DNA from: Myxococcota bacterium
GTDB lineage: Bacteria > Myxococcota > XYA12-FULL-58-9 > JALHOP01
Reading direction: 5' to 3'
Assembly: GCA_041288095.1 (NCBI GenBank)
Contig: JBGGMJ010000136.1
Span: 1-64,000 of the forward strand
Length of the DNA stretch: 64,000 nucleotides
Shown: positions 18,711 through 28,633 of the stretch, one piece after another
Layout of the letters: each line of letters opens with the position of its first letter
How positions within the stretch are numbered: the stretch's first letter is position 1
Notes under the pieces: generated by a model
What the model was told of the DNA's origin: nothing
What the model saw: the letters and a program-made list of their open reading frames with translations, nothing else
Database searches by the model: none
Program-made: the position numbers and the translations under genes

Positions 18711-20043
18711 CGGCGCGCCGGTCGCCCGGCGTGAAATTCACCTGCACCAGCCGCCCCTGCGCCACTTCCTTGTCCTTGTCGAGCAGCTCTTGGCGCGGGT
18801 TCACCATGAAACCGGTGCCAACCGCTTCGATCATCATCGGCAAGTCGCTCACTGGGCTGTCGCCGAACACCATGAGCGGCGGCACACGCACCCACTGGCG
18901 CAGCACGGGACCTTTTATTTCGTACAGGCTGGTCACGACTTGTCCGGTATAGCGGCCATCGACGACCTCTAAGGCGCTGCCGATGGCGTGGTCTTCGGGG
19001 ATGCCGACGGCGCGCGCCGCCGCTTTCGCCAGCACGTCGAGCGTCGCCGACAAGAAGTACACCTCGATCCCGCGCGTCTTCAGCTTGCCGAGCACCGCCA
19101 GGGTCCCACAGCCCGACGCGTCGGCGTGGAACCGCGACATGATCGAGGGAGCGCCGGGGGCGCCTTTCGTGAGCACAACCTGCGCGGCTTCCTCGATGAC
19201 GGAGACCTCGAGACCGGCGATGACCTTCGAGGTGAGAAAAAACGCGTCCTTGATGCTGACGCGCTGCTCTTTCGGCAGCGTGGTGTCGGTGGCGCGCTCG
19301 TACACGGTACGGAGGTTGTCGTGCACCGAGGCCTCGCGGACCTTCTTGGCGTCGATACCCGAGATGGTGACGAGGAGCTCGATGACCGCGGCGTTGGCTT
19401 CGGGCTTCGCGAGCTTCTTGTCGGCAAGGACGGCGAGGAAGACATTACTGATGTCACCCTGCCAGAGCGTGAAATCCAGGTCGGTGACCGCTACAGCGGG
19501 CAGCCCCGCGCGCTTGAACGAAAGGAGGTCGAGCGTATCGATCGCCAGGCACAGCGTCGGCGGGCTCATGCTCTCGCCGTTGTAGCCGGGGATGTGACGG
19601 GCGAGGCTACCGACAACCAGCGCGTCCGGCTCCCAGTCCACGACGGCGGCGAAACGTGCCTGATCGGCGAGCCACTGCGCCTCGATGACGAAGGCACGCG
19701 CGGCGGCGGTGTCCGCGCTCTTGGGCAACGACGCGTCGCGCTCGAGGATGAACGTGCCCCCTTCGTAGATCCCCGCCGCGGTGGATGCATCGATGCCGCG
19801 GGTCTCCGCCGTGACCTTGGCGCGCGCGACCAAGCCGTCGACGGCGGACAGGTCGTTGGCGTCGACACGCTGATCGTGGGTAACGTCGAAGTCCGCGATC
19901 GTGCGCTGAGCGCTCGGCTTTTCGATGAGCGCCTTGAGCGCGGTGTCGAACGCCGCGGTATCGAGGGTCGGCTTGTGCGGATCCGGAGAGCCGCCGCAGG
20001 CCGCGAGAGTGAGCAACGCCGCGACGACAACGGTGCGTCGCAT
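18697..20043 (-). CDS. HAD-IB family hydrolase lipoprotein
   Basis: start MRRTVVVAALLTLAAC (lipobox); motif I DLDFTLW, motif II LSAT, K, motif IV GDSPVSDLPM. Confidence 0.82.
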   Translation of the reverse strand: MRRTVVVAALLTLAACGGSPDPHKPTLDTAAFDTALKALIEKPSAQRTIADFDVTHDQRVDANDLSAVDGLVARAKVTAETRGIDASTAAGIYEGGTFILERDASLPKSADTAAARAFVIEAQWLADQARFAAVVDWEPDALVVGSLARHIPGYNGESMSPPTLCLAIDTLDLLSFKRAGLPAVAVTDLDFTLWQGDISNVFLAVLADKKLAKPEANAAVIELLVTISGIDAKKVREASVHDNLRTVYERATDTTLPKEQRVSIKDAFFLTSKVIAGLEVSVIEEAAQVVLTKGAPGAPSIMSRFHADASGCGTLAVLGKLKTRGIEVYFLSATLDVLAKAAARAVGIPEDHAIGSALEVVDGRYTGQVVTSLYEIKGPVLRQWVRVPPLMVFGDSPVSDLPMMIEAVGTGFMVNPRQELLDKDKEVAQGRLVQVNFTPGDRRADARR

Positions 20044-20047
20044 CACG

Positions 20048-20866
<819 letters not shown>

Positions 20867-20908
20867 GTCGTGCGGCTACTTAGAGGACCAGCACGGCATG
20901 GTCAATCG

Positions 20909-21733
20909 ATGAACGAGGACTTCTCGCACGAGCTCGAGGTCGCCAAGCGCTTGGCGCGAGTGGCCGGCGCCCGCATTCTCGCGCACTACAACGACGGCTT
21001 CGCGGTGGAGTACAAAGGCCACGGCGATCCCGTGACGCAGGCCGATCGCGACGCGAACCACATCATCGTCGAGGGTCTGGCCGCGGCCTTTCCGACGGAC
21101 GCGATCCTCGCCGAGGAATCGAAGAACAGCGACAGCCGGCACGCGCACGCGCGCTTGTGGTGCGTCGACCCGCTCGACGGCACGCAGGAGCTGGTGAATC
21201 GCAACGGTGAGTTCGCGGTGATGATCGGGCTCGCTGTACGCGGAGAGGCGCGCGTCGGCGTCGTCTATCAGCCCACCGAAGACACGCTTTGGGCCGGCGC
21301 CGGCACCTTGGCGACGGTCGAGCGCCACGGCGGTCCGCCAACGCGGATCAAGCCGACGCAGTGCATCGATCCCGCCAAGGCCGTGCTCGTGGGCTCGCGC
21401 TCGCACACGTCGAAGTCGGTCGTCGAGGTCGCGACGACGTTGGGCGTCGCCCGCCAGGACCGCTTGGGCAGCGTCGGTCTCAAGATGGCCCGCGTCGCCG
21501 AGGGCGGTGCCGACCTGTACCTCTCGATGTCGACGCAGACGCACGAGTGGGATGGCTGCGCGCCGGAAGCGATCCTCCGCGCCGCCGGTGGCTTCGTGAC
21601 CGACTGCTTCGGCGCCCCGCTGCGCTACAACAAGCAGACGACAGGCACGCCGCGCGGCATGTTAGCCACGAACGGACTCATCCACGCAGCCGTTTTGGCG
21701 GCTGCGCGGACGGTTGTTGAACAACGATTCTGA
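20909..21733 (+). CDS. cysQ: 3'(2'),5'-bisphosphate nucleotidase CysQ / inositol monophosphatase family
   Basis: PVTQAD, AEES, WCVDPLDGT, SRSH, GSVGLK, EWDGCAP. Confidence 0.85.
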   Translation: MNEDFSHELEVAKRLARVAGARILAHYNDGFAVEYKGHGDPVTQADRDANHIIVEGLAAAFPTDAILAEESKNSDSRHAHARLWCVDPLDGTQELVNRNGEFAVMIGLAVRGEARVGVVYQPTEDTLWAGAGTLATVERHGGPPTRIKPTQCIDPAKAVLVGSRSHTSKSVVEVATTLGVARQDRLGSVGLKMARVAEGGADLYLSMSTQTHEWDGCAPEAILRAAGGFVTDCFGAPLRYNKQTTGTPRGMLATNGLIHAAVLAAARTVVEQRF

Positions 21734-21797
21734 GGTACTGCGGAGCCACTGCGGTGCAAGACCGCCGGTACTACTGCACGCTCGAGGTCGTTTGCTG

Positions 21798-22028
21798 TTA
21801 CGCGCGCTTCTTTGGGCTGACCAGCATCATCGCCTGGGCGACGTTGCGCTGTGCGCCACGCTGAAGAAGAGCACGCCCTTGCATGAGCTTCTTCTCGTCC
21901 TTGGCAGCCTTGTTGAGCGCTTCAGTCGTCCCACCGCTGTTCAAAGCGGCCGCCCGTTGCTCGGCATGAGCGCCCGCCAAGGGCGTGCCGACTGGGCGAA
22001 TGGGTGATGAAAGCGATCCCGAAATCAT
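21798..22028 (-). CDS. small basic hypothetical protein
   Basis: 76-aa ORF with GGGAG upstream and two promoter-like motifs. Confidence 0.55.
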   Translation of the reverse strand: MISGSLSSPIRPVGTPLAGAHAEQRAAALNSGGTTEALNKAAKDEKKLMQGRALLQRGAQRNVAQAMMLVSPKKRA

Positions 22029-22062
22029 GACACTAACTCCCGACAGGCTCGTCTCGCGTTGT

Positions 22063-22089
22063 GTATCGGCCGCCAGCGCGCAAAGTTGC
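22063..22089 (-). promoter_or_regulatory. sigma-28-like promoter motif
   Basis: minus strand GCAA-ctttgcgcgctggcg(15)-GCCGATAC. Confidence 0.68.
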
Positions 22090-22102
22090 GCCCCGTGTTG
22101 GA

Positions 22103-22128
22103 TTATCGCGGCTTTTTTGAGTCGTTGT
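22103..22128 (-). promoter_or_regulatory. second tandem sigma-28-like motif (14-nt spacer)
   Basis: minus strand ACAA-cgactcaaaaaagc(14)-CGCGATAA. Confidence 0.35.
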
Positions 22129-22216
22129 GCTGAAATGCGAGTCGGGACGCGCGTCTACGAGGGCACCCCTAGAACCGGTTTGGCGCGCTTCTGGCAACGA
22201 CACAGCGTGAGGGTGC

Positions 22217-22726
22217 CTAACGGGGCTTCTGAACGCGCGCCGCGAGTTGCGAAACGAAGCCGACGCCGGCGGACGTTCCTGGGATAACGCGGCGGGCTGT
22301 ACCCAAAAGCGACGCGCTCCCCGACATGTCGCGGTCCTCGTTCAGCGCGCTCGCCGAGAGGACGCGGTTAGCCGCGGCACCAAGCTCTTGCGACCAGGCT
22401 TCCAGGGAGAGCCCCAGGGCGGTGGCCGTCCGCGGGAGGTCACTGATCCAGGCGCTCAGGTGGCCGAGTTGCAGCGGTGTGAGCTCCGCATCGCCAACCC
22501 GCGTGAGAACCACGCCCGGAGCACTGTGCTCGGCGTCCACCAGCAGCCCGATGACGCATTCGACACTGACTTCGGCGACTTCGCCAACGAGCTGCCGCAC
22601 CAGGGGCGCATCGAGGCGTGACCGCGACTGCAACAGCTGCTTGGCAGCGGCGTCGACATTGGCAGCGGCGCCCCATCCGAGCACCGCTTCCTGGACCGAA
22701 CGATGAATGTGCTGGCGCTTCGCCAT
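22217..22726 (-). CDS. hypothetical protein
   Basis: 169-aa ORF starting 5 nt after the stop of the 22732 gene. Confidence 0.6.
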   Translation of the reverse strand: MAKRQHIHRSVQEAVLGWGAAANVDAAAKQLLQSRSRLDAPLVRQLVGEVAEVSVECVIGLLVDAEHSAPGVVLTRVGDAELTPLQLGHLSAWISDLPRTATALGLSLEAWSQELGAAANRVLSASALNEDRDMSGSASLLGTARRVIPGTSAGVGFVSQLAARVQKPR

Positions 22727-22731
22727 GAGGG

Positions 22732-23061
22732 TCAGTAGCGGCTACGCGTCAAATCGCCGCGCTTGCTCTGCAAGGCCGCGAGACTGAGGGGGCTCGGGGC
22801 GAGCGCCCACGAAACGACCGTGCCCACGACCGCGGCCTTCAGCCAGCCACCGAGCAACATCACCGTACCGAACGCGCCGGTGCCGGTGAGGACGAAAGCG
22901 GTCGCCGCGGCAGCGGCGCCGAGGAGCAGGATCTTGGTCTGGAATGAAGCGTCCTTGGGGGTCGCGACCTTCGCAATCGTTCCCATGTAGCCGCCGGTTG
23001 CGACTCCCACCAACACGCTCGCCGTCGCCCGCAACGCATCCGTCTTGCTCATCAACGCCAT
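22732..23061 (-). CDS. small hydrophobic Gly/Ala-rich membrane protein
   Basis: ATG 23061 with AAGGAG; GVATGGYMG and LLLGAAAAATAFVLTGTGAFG hydrophobic segments. Confidence 0.7.
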   Translation of the reverse strand: MALMSKTDALRATASVLVGVATGGYMGTIAKVATPKDASFQTKILLLGAAAAATAFVLTGTGAFGTVMLLGGWLKAAVVGTVVSWALAPSPLSLAALQSKRGDLTRSRY

Positions 23062-23084
23062 GACGCAACTCTCCTTGAGCGTCG

Positions 23085-23111
23085 TTATCGTTGCCGAGCT
23101 GGAAGGGTTGC
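23085..23111 (-). promoter_or_regulatory. sigma-28-like promoter motif
   Basis: minus strand GCAA-cccttccagctcggc(15)-AACGATAA. Confidence 0.58.
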
Positions 23112-23173
23112 GCATCCCGCCTCCGCCAGCGCGTCACGATCGAGGGGACGCGCTGGCGGCACCGCCGATGCAC

Positions 23174-23200
23174 GCACATTCGGGGGGGTGCTCCCGATAT
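23174..23200 (+). promoter_or_regulatory. sigma-28-like promoter motif
   Basis: GCAC-attcgggggggtgct(15)-CCCGATAT. Confidence 0.55.
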
Positions 23201-23231
23201 TGCACGAGCCTCGCCGCCCCGAGGATTCGAC

Positions 23232-23642
23232 ATGCAGATTCGCGCAGCCATCGATAAAGCTCTCCGCCTCACCGAGTTCGACACGATCCGTCCGAGTGAG
23301 CTGATCGAGCCGGGGCAGGCGCGTCAGCGCACGATGCAGAACAACGTGCTCAACGGCTTCATGTACGGCGTCAACGCGTTCGTGCCGATGTCGGGCGTCA
23401 TCCTCAATCCGCTGGTCGCCTTCGGCAAGTCCTGCGGCGCCATGTGGCAGATGATGCTGGCGATGAGCTTCCCGGAACAGGGAGGTGAGGCGCGCATGAA
23501 CCTCGCCGGTGACCTGCTCAAGTCCGCCGGCGAGAACTTCGTCGTCGGCGCCGCCTCGTGCCTCCCGGGCGCGGGTCCGGTGATCGCCGGCCTCTGGTCG
23601 GCGCGCAGCTTCGTCGACGCCAACCGCGCGCTCAAAACCTAG
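23232..23642 (+). CDS. small hydrophobic hypothetical protein
   Basis: ATG 23232 with GAGGA; MQIRAAIDKALRL..CLPGAGPVIAGLW. Confidence 0.7.
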   Translation: MQIRAAIDKALRLTEFDTIRPSELIEPGQARQRTMQNNVLNGFMYGVNAFVPMSGVILNPLVAFGKSCGAMWQMMLAMSFPEQGGEARMNLAGDLLKSAGENFVVGAASCLPGAGPVIAGLWSARSFVDANRALKT

Positions 23643-23661
23643 AGTCGCCCGGGCGGAGCTG

Positions 23662-24606
23662 TCAGCCGCCCTGTGCCTGCGGTGGGGCTCCCGCCGCTGG
23701 CGGGGCCTGCTTGTTCTTCTCGGCAAGCTCCATGGCCTGCAGGTAGGTCTTCGCCTGGCTCGCGTACTTGGTGCGGGCCGCGATGATCTCACCCAAGACG
23801 CGGCGCGCCTCGTCGACCTTCTGGGTCTGGGCGAGCGAAGCGCCCAGCAAGAAGCGAATCTCCTCGCGCAGCGACGGGTCGCGGATGTTCGAGAGATCAC
23901 GCAAGACCGGCTCGGCCTCGTCGTAGCGCTTCAAGCTGAAGAGCTCGGTGGCGAGCAAGTAGCGAACGTTGACGACGTAGCGGAAGTTCGGGTCGAGCGA
24001 CAGCGACTTCTTCAGCATGTCGACCGCTTCAGCGGACCGACCGCTGGTCTCGGCGAGCTTACGGCCCTGCTCGTACGCGTCTTCGGCGGCCTTCTTGCGC
24101 AGGTCGCCGACGCGCTTCTCCATGAGGCGCGCCTCGAGCTCGGTGAGGGTCGTGAGGTTCACCTGGTCGAGCATGTCGACGGCGCCCTTCTCGTTGCCCT
24201 GGTCGAGCAGGTCCAAGACCTTCTTGCTCACCGAGGCTGAGTCGATCGCCTTCTTCTTCTGAGCGTCGAGCTCGGCCAGGCGCCGGTTCAGATCTTCGCT
24301 CTGCTTCTGCGCGGAGTCGCGAGCCTGCTGGGCATCGCCCTGGGCGCGCTCGGCGTCGGCGATGTAGCTGCGCGAGCGGGCCGAGAAGACGAGGTACGCC
24401 GCGATGGTGATGACGAGGCCGACGAAGACGTTGACCGCGAGGCTGGTGAACTTACCGCGCTTCTCGATCTGCTCGAAGCGGCGCTCGAAGTTCTTCACGT
24501 CGAGCGATAGGTTCTTCACCTGGTTGTCGGCTTTGATCACGGTGTTGCGCGTCTCGAGAACCTCGCGCTTCAGGTCGACCAGCTCCTTGCCCGTCGTCTC
24601 ATCCAT
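23662..24606 (-). CDS. membrane-anchored coiled-coil/TPR protein
   Basis: coiled coil, one TM (LAVNVFVGLVITIAAYLVF), C-terminal TPRs. Confidence 0.8.
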   Translation of the reverse strand: MDETTGKELVDLKREVLETRNTVIKADNQVKNLSLDVKNFERRFEQIEKRGKFTSLAVNVFVGLVITIAAYLVFSARSRSYIADAERAQGDAQQARDSAQKQSEDLNRRLAELDAQKKKAIDSASVSKKVLDLLDQGNEKGAVDMLDQVNLTTLTELEARLMEKRVGDLRKKAAEDAYEQGRKLAETSGRSAEAVDMLKKSLSLDPNFRYVVNVRYLLATELFSLKRYDEAEPVLRDLSNIRDPSLREEIRFLLGASLAQTQKVDEARRVLGEIIAARTKYASQAKTYLQAMELAEKNKQAPPAAGAPPQAQGG

Positions 24607-24648
24607 GATTTCTCCCCCGTGCCGTAGCAAGTTCGCGGTGATCGGTGA

Positions 24649-24721
24649 TGGGTGGTGCGAGATTCGAACTCGCGACCAACGGATTAAAAGTCCGCTGCTC
24701 TACCGACTGAGCTAACCACCC
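24649..24721 (-). tRNA. tRNA-Lys(UUU), CCA not encoded
   Basis: GGGTGGTTAGCTCAGTCGGTAGAGCAGCGGACTTTTAATCCGTTGGTCGCGAGTTCGAATCTCGCACCACCCA. Confidence 0.96.
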
Positions 24722-24787
24722 TCGAAGGCGGCGCAACCTACTCGGCGCCACGCGATGGGTCAATGCGCTCTAGGCGATCGTTTGGCC

Positions 24788-25180
24788 CTATTTCACCGTG
24801 CCGGCGCGCTTCTTCTCGAGGAGCCGCTCCAGCTTGCGGAACAACACCGCGAACTGCAGCGGCTTGGTCTCGTAGTCGTCGGCGCCGAGCTCGAGGCCGA
24901 CGATACGATCACTTTGGCTGTCGCGCGCCGTCAGGAAGACCACCACGGCGTTCTTGAGCGCGCCAGTCGCATTCCAACGCTTTAGCAGATCGCGACCGTC
25001 GACCCCCGGCAGTTGCACGTCGAGGAGGACGACGTCCGGGACCTCCTTCTCCACTTCCTCGAGTGCGCGCGGACCAGTGTCGGCGACGCGTGTGCTGTAG
25101 CCGCGTGAGGTGCCGAACTTCGACAGCGCAAGCGCGATCTCGGGGTCGTCTTCGACGATGAGCAACGAGGCGGGAGGCAC
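24788..25180 (-). CDS. single-domain response regulator
   Basis: LLIVEDD, LLDVQLPGVDG, FLTAR, GADDYETKP; start approximate. Confidence 0.88.
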   Translation of the reverse strand: MPPASLLIVEDDPEIALALSKFGTSRGYSTRVADTGPRALEEVEKEVPDVVLLDVQLPGVDGRDLLKRWNATGALKNAVVVFLTARDSQSDRIVGLELGADDYETKPLQFAVLFRKLERLLEKKRAGTVK

Positions 25181-25246
25181 GCCTTCAACTATTCCGTAAG
25201 TGGCGGATCTTCTCAACTCCCGCTGGATCCGGTAGGACCCACGCCC

Positions 25247-26428
25247 ATGAAAGAAGTCGTCATTCTCTCGGCCGCACGCACTCCCATTGGCTCGCTCTTG
25301 GGTACGCTCTCTTCGCTACCCGCGCCCCGATTGGGCGCCGTCGCCATCAAAGCCGCCATCGAGCGCGCAGGCATCGACCCCGCCGCCCTCGACCAAGTCC
25401 TCATGGGTAACGTGCTGCAGGCCGGTGTGGGCCAAGCACCCGCGCGCCAGGCGATGCGCTACGCCGGCGTGCCCGACAAGGTCGGCGCCATCACGGTCAA
25501 CAAGGTGTGCGGCTCGGGTATGCGCGCCATCATGGACGGCGTGAACAGCATCAAGGTCGGCGAGTACGACATGGTCGTCGCCGGCGGCATGGAGTCGATG
25601 TCCAACGCTCCGCACATGGTCCCGGGCTCGCGCCGCGGCACCAAGATGGGCGATTGGAAGATGGTCGACGCGATGATCATCGACGGCCTCTGGGACCCGT
25701 ACGGCAACAAGCACATGGGCAACTGCGGCGAGCTCTGCGCCGCGAAGTACAAGCTCACCCGCGAGATGCAGGACGCCTTCGCGCTCGAGTCGTTCAACCG
25801 CGCCAAGGCCGCGATCACGAGCGGCCACTTCAAGAACGAGATCGTCGCCGTCGAGATCGCCGACAAGAAAGGCTCGAAGCTCATCGATCAAGACGAGAAC
25901 CCTATGTCGGCGCCGCTCGAGAAGATGGCATCGCTCAAGCCGGCCTTCGATCCCAACGGCACCATCACCGCCGCCAACGCACCGCCGGTCAACGACGGCG
26001 CCGCGGCGTTGGTGATCGCTTCGGCGGACAAGGCGAAGGCGCTCGGCAAGAAGCCGCTGGCGAAGATCGTAGCCCAGGGCTCGTTCGCGCAGGAGCCGGA
26101 CTGGTTCACCACCGCGCCTTCACAGGCCGCCAAGCTGGCGCTCAGCCGCGCCGGTCTCACCACCAAGGACATCGGCCGCTGGGAAGTGAACGAGGCCTTC
26201 GCTGTCGTCGCCATGGCCTTCATGCGCGACATGGAAGTCGATCACGCCAAGGTCAATGTCCACGGTGGCGCCGTGGCCCTCGGTCATCCCATTGGCGCCT
26301 CGGGCGCGCGCATCGTCACGACACTCGTGCACGAGCTCATCGCCAGCAAGCAGCGTTACGGCGTCGCGGCGATTTGCCTAGGCGGCGGCGAAGGCACCGC
26401 CTTGGTCATTGAGAACTTAGCGCTCTGA
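25247..26428 (+). CDS. acetyl-CoA C-acetyltransferase (thiolase)
   Basis: NKVCGSG, GGMESMS, NEAF, GHPIGASG, CLGGG. Confidence 0.95.
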   Translation: MKEVVILSAARTPIGSLLGTLSSLPAPRLGAVAIKAAIERAGIDPAALDQVLMGNVLQAGVGQAPARQAMRYAGVPDKVGAITVNKVCGSGMRAIMDGVNSIKVGEYDMVVAGGMESMSNAPHMVPGSRRGTKMGDWKMVDAMIIDGLWDPYGNKHMGNCGELCAAKYKLTREMQDAFALESFNRAKAAITSGHFKNEIVAVEIADKKGSKLIDQDENPMSAPLEKMASLKPAFDPNGTITAANAPPVNDGAAALVIASADKAKALGKKPLAKIVAQGSFAQEPDWFTTAPSQAAKLALSRAGLTTKDIGRWEVNEAFAVVAMAFMRDMEVDHAKVNVHGGAVALGHPIGASGARIVTTLVHELIASKQRYGVAAICLGGGEGTALVIENLAL

Positions 26429-26708
26429 TGCCGTGGCGGCGACGTTCCTGCGCCGCGGCCCAGTCTTCTTCGAAGCGCTCTTCGAGCGCCGCGCCATACA
26501 CGCGGCGCATGATGGTCTGAACGAGCTCGAGCGGCATGCCGCGCTTGTCGCCATGGCCAATCAGGCCGCGCAGCGCGTCCCGACGCTGGCCGTCGCGCAG
26601 CCGCGCCTCCAAATCGGTCTCCCCGTCCTCGGGGCCCGAGCGGAAGAACTCGATGTCGCTGGTCGCACGGTCGATGAATCCAGGGGGAAGGGCGGCAAAA
26701 GCACTCAC
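26406..26708 (-). CDS. small hypothetical protein
   Basis: GTG 26708 preceded by AAGGAGG; a CCCGATAA -10-like box at 26801-26808. Confidence 0.55.
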   Translation of the reverse strand: MSAFAALPPGFIDRATSDIEFFRSGPEDGETDLEARLRDGQRRDALRGLIGHGDKRGMPLELVQTIMRRVYGAALEERFEEDWAAAQERRRHGIRALSSQ

Positions 26709-26918
26709 GGTTGCCTCCTTTGGGGTGGCCGAGATGTGGATGTGTTGCACGGCGTGAGTGCAGCACACGTGCCACGCCAACCACGTACTCCGCACCCCTC
26801 TTATCGGGATAACGAAGGTTTCTCGGGGAGTGAGGCCCGCGATCTGAGGAGCGCTGGAGGGCCGCTTTTCACCCAGATCGACCGTTCCGCGGGCGTACGC
26901 CGCCCCGCCCCCTTCGAG

Positions 26919-26945
26919 GCAACTCGGTCGGGCTACCGCCGATAT
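26919..26945 (+). promoter_or_regulatory. sigma-28-like promoter motif
   Basis: GCAA-ctcggtcgggctacc(15)-GCCGATAT, 17 nt before ATG 26963. Confidence 0.68.
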
Positions 26946-26962
26946 GAACTAGACCCCGTACC

Positions 26963-28138
26963 ATGCGGACCTTACCCAACAAGAGCGCGGATCCCACCGT
27001 CGTTCGACGGAACCGTGTGCTTCGCTTCGGCCTCGACGGTTCTCGGGCCGCTAGCCTTGCGCCGGAACCGCGTCGCGCTCTCGCCCTACTACGGGCACTT
27101 GAGCTCGCCGGCAACGGGTCCGGCGCCAAGACCCTGCTCGGTTTCGGCGGCGCTACTCTGGAGTGCGAAGCGACCACCCCGACCATCAAGGCGTCCACCT
27201 GCGAGCGTATCGCCCGCGCCATGCGCGACAAGGGCTACCCGCTCACCGATCGCGGCGTGAAGCTGTTCAAGATGGAGCATGGCTTCTCGGGCTTGGTGCG
27301 GATTGGCCCGGACGTTGCCCAAGCGTACGTGCGCTGGGCCGGCGGCAAGAGCACCCGCGTCGAAGTCTCCGAGGTCGATGAGACGACGCGCGAGGAGCGC
27401 CGCGCCATCGAGATTCTCCGCATCATCGGACGCGAGCCCGATGAGCTCAAAGAGGTGTTCAAGGTTCTCGGGCTGCCGCGCTTTCGCCGCGGCGAGACCG
27501 TCGATCTCGGCAAGACCCATGGCCAAGCCCTGCTCTCCTGGGCCTCGGGCATGTCCTGGTCGTTCGACGACGACGGCTGGAAGCGCATCGCCAAGGCGTC
27601 TGGCGAACGCGATAGCGGAGCCCGCGTCACCGCCACCATCGCGCACTTCGTTCGCGACACCCTGCTCGGCGCCGGTGAGCCCGAGCACGACTACCGCAAG
27701 CAGACCTTCGGCGAGCACACCGTCAACGCCCGCACGCTCAAGATGCTGCAGCAGGTCCAGCGCACCCTGCATGGCCGCCTGAAGGTTCGTCTCATCCGTG
27801 GCTCGTACACCGGCGGCGACGACGACCGGGGCGCCCACCCGCATCAGGGCGGTGGCGCGGTCGACCTCTCGGTTCGTGGCATGGGCGCCGCGGACATCGA
27901 CCAGCTCGTCCTGGCCCTGCGCGAGGCCGGGTTCGCGGCTTGGTACCGTGCCCGCGAGGACCGCCCGCACGTTCACGCCGTCGCCGTTGGCGACCGCGAG
28001 ATGTCCGCTTCAGCGGCGTGGCAAGTACGCGCCTATTTCCGTGGGCGCGACGGCCGCAGCCATGCTGGACCCGACGCCCACAAGCACCTCTCGATTCGGC
28101 TCCCAAAATGGTTGGCGCGCTACCGCTTGGGCGCCTGA
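26963..28138 (+). CDS. protein with C-terminal M15/endolysin-like Zn peptidase domain
   Basis: RGSY..HQGGGAVD (H-x6-D), LREAGFAAWYR, HVHAVAVGD, QVRAYFRGRDG; no signal peptide seen. Confidence 0.72.
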   Translation: MRTLPNKSADPTVVRRNRVLRFGLDGSRAASLAPEPRRALALLRALELAGNGSGAKTLLGFGGATLECEATTPTIKASTCERIARAMRDKGYPLTDRGVKLFKMEHGFSGLVRIGPDVAQAYVRWAGGKSTRVEVSEVDETTREERRAIEILRIIGREPDELKEVFKVLGLPRFRRGETVDLGKTHGQALLSWASGMSWSFDDDGWKRIAKASGERDSGARVTATIAHFVRDTLLGAGEPEHDYRKQTFGEHTVNARTLKMLQQVQRTLHGRLKVRLIRGSYTGGDDDRGAHPHQGGGAVDLSVRGMGAADIDQLVLALREAGFAAWYRAREDRPHVHAVAVGDREMSASAAWQVRAYFRGRDGRSHAGPDAHKHLSIRLPKWLARYRLGA

Positions 28139-28159
28139 TCGCTTATTCTTTGGCTACCG

Positions 28160-28633
28160 ATGTACGCGACCGCGCTCGAGCCCTCCTTCCGCGTAGCCAC
28201 CCCGGCGGACCATGCCGTCGTCGTTCGTCTGCTCGAGGAGCTGGTGGATGAGCTCGGGCCGCCCGACATGGCCGCGAAGGTCAAAAGTCGCCTCGACGAG
28301 GACATCGACGCCGCCTTCGCGAGCAACCGCGTCCGCATCTTCCTGGCGGAGATGAACGGCCAAGTTGTCGGCCTCGGCCGGGCCGACGTGCTCACGACCG
28401 ACCCGATCTTCCGCCTTCGCGACGACCAGCGTTGCGGCTACGTCGACCAGATGTTCGTCCGCCCCGGCCACCGCGACCGTGGCATCGGCTCGCATCTCCT
28501 CAAGCTTTGCGAGGACTGGTTCCGCGAGCAAGGCATCGGCCACGCCTTGCTCCACGCGGCGCCGAAGGCAGTGCGCTTCTACGGACGCGAGGGCTATCAA
28601 GCCAACCGCGAGATGTTCAAGCGGCTCACCTAG
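28160..28633 (+). CDS. GNAT family N-acetyltransferase
   Basis: MFVRPGHRDRGIGSHLL, AVRFYGREGY. Confidence 0.88.
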   Translation: MYATALEPSFRVATPADHAVVVRLLEELVDELGPPDMAAKVKSRLDEDIDAAFASNRVRIFLAEMNGQVVGLGRADVLTTDPIFRLRDDQRCGYVDQMFVRPGHRDRGIGSHLLKLCEDWFREQGIGHALLHAAPKAVRFYGREGYQANREMFKRLT

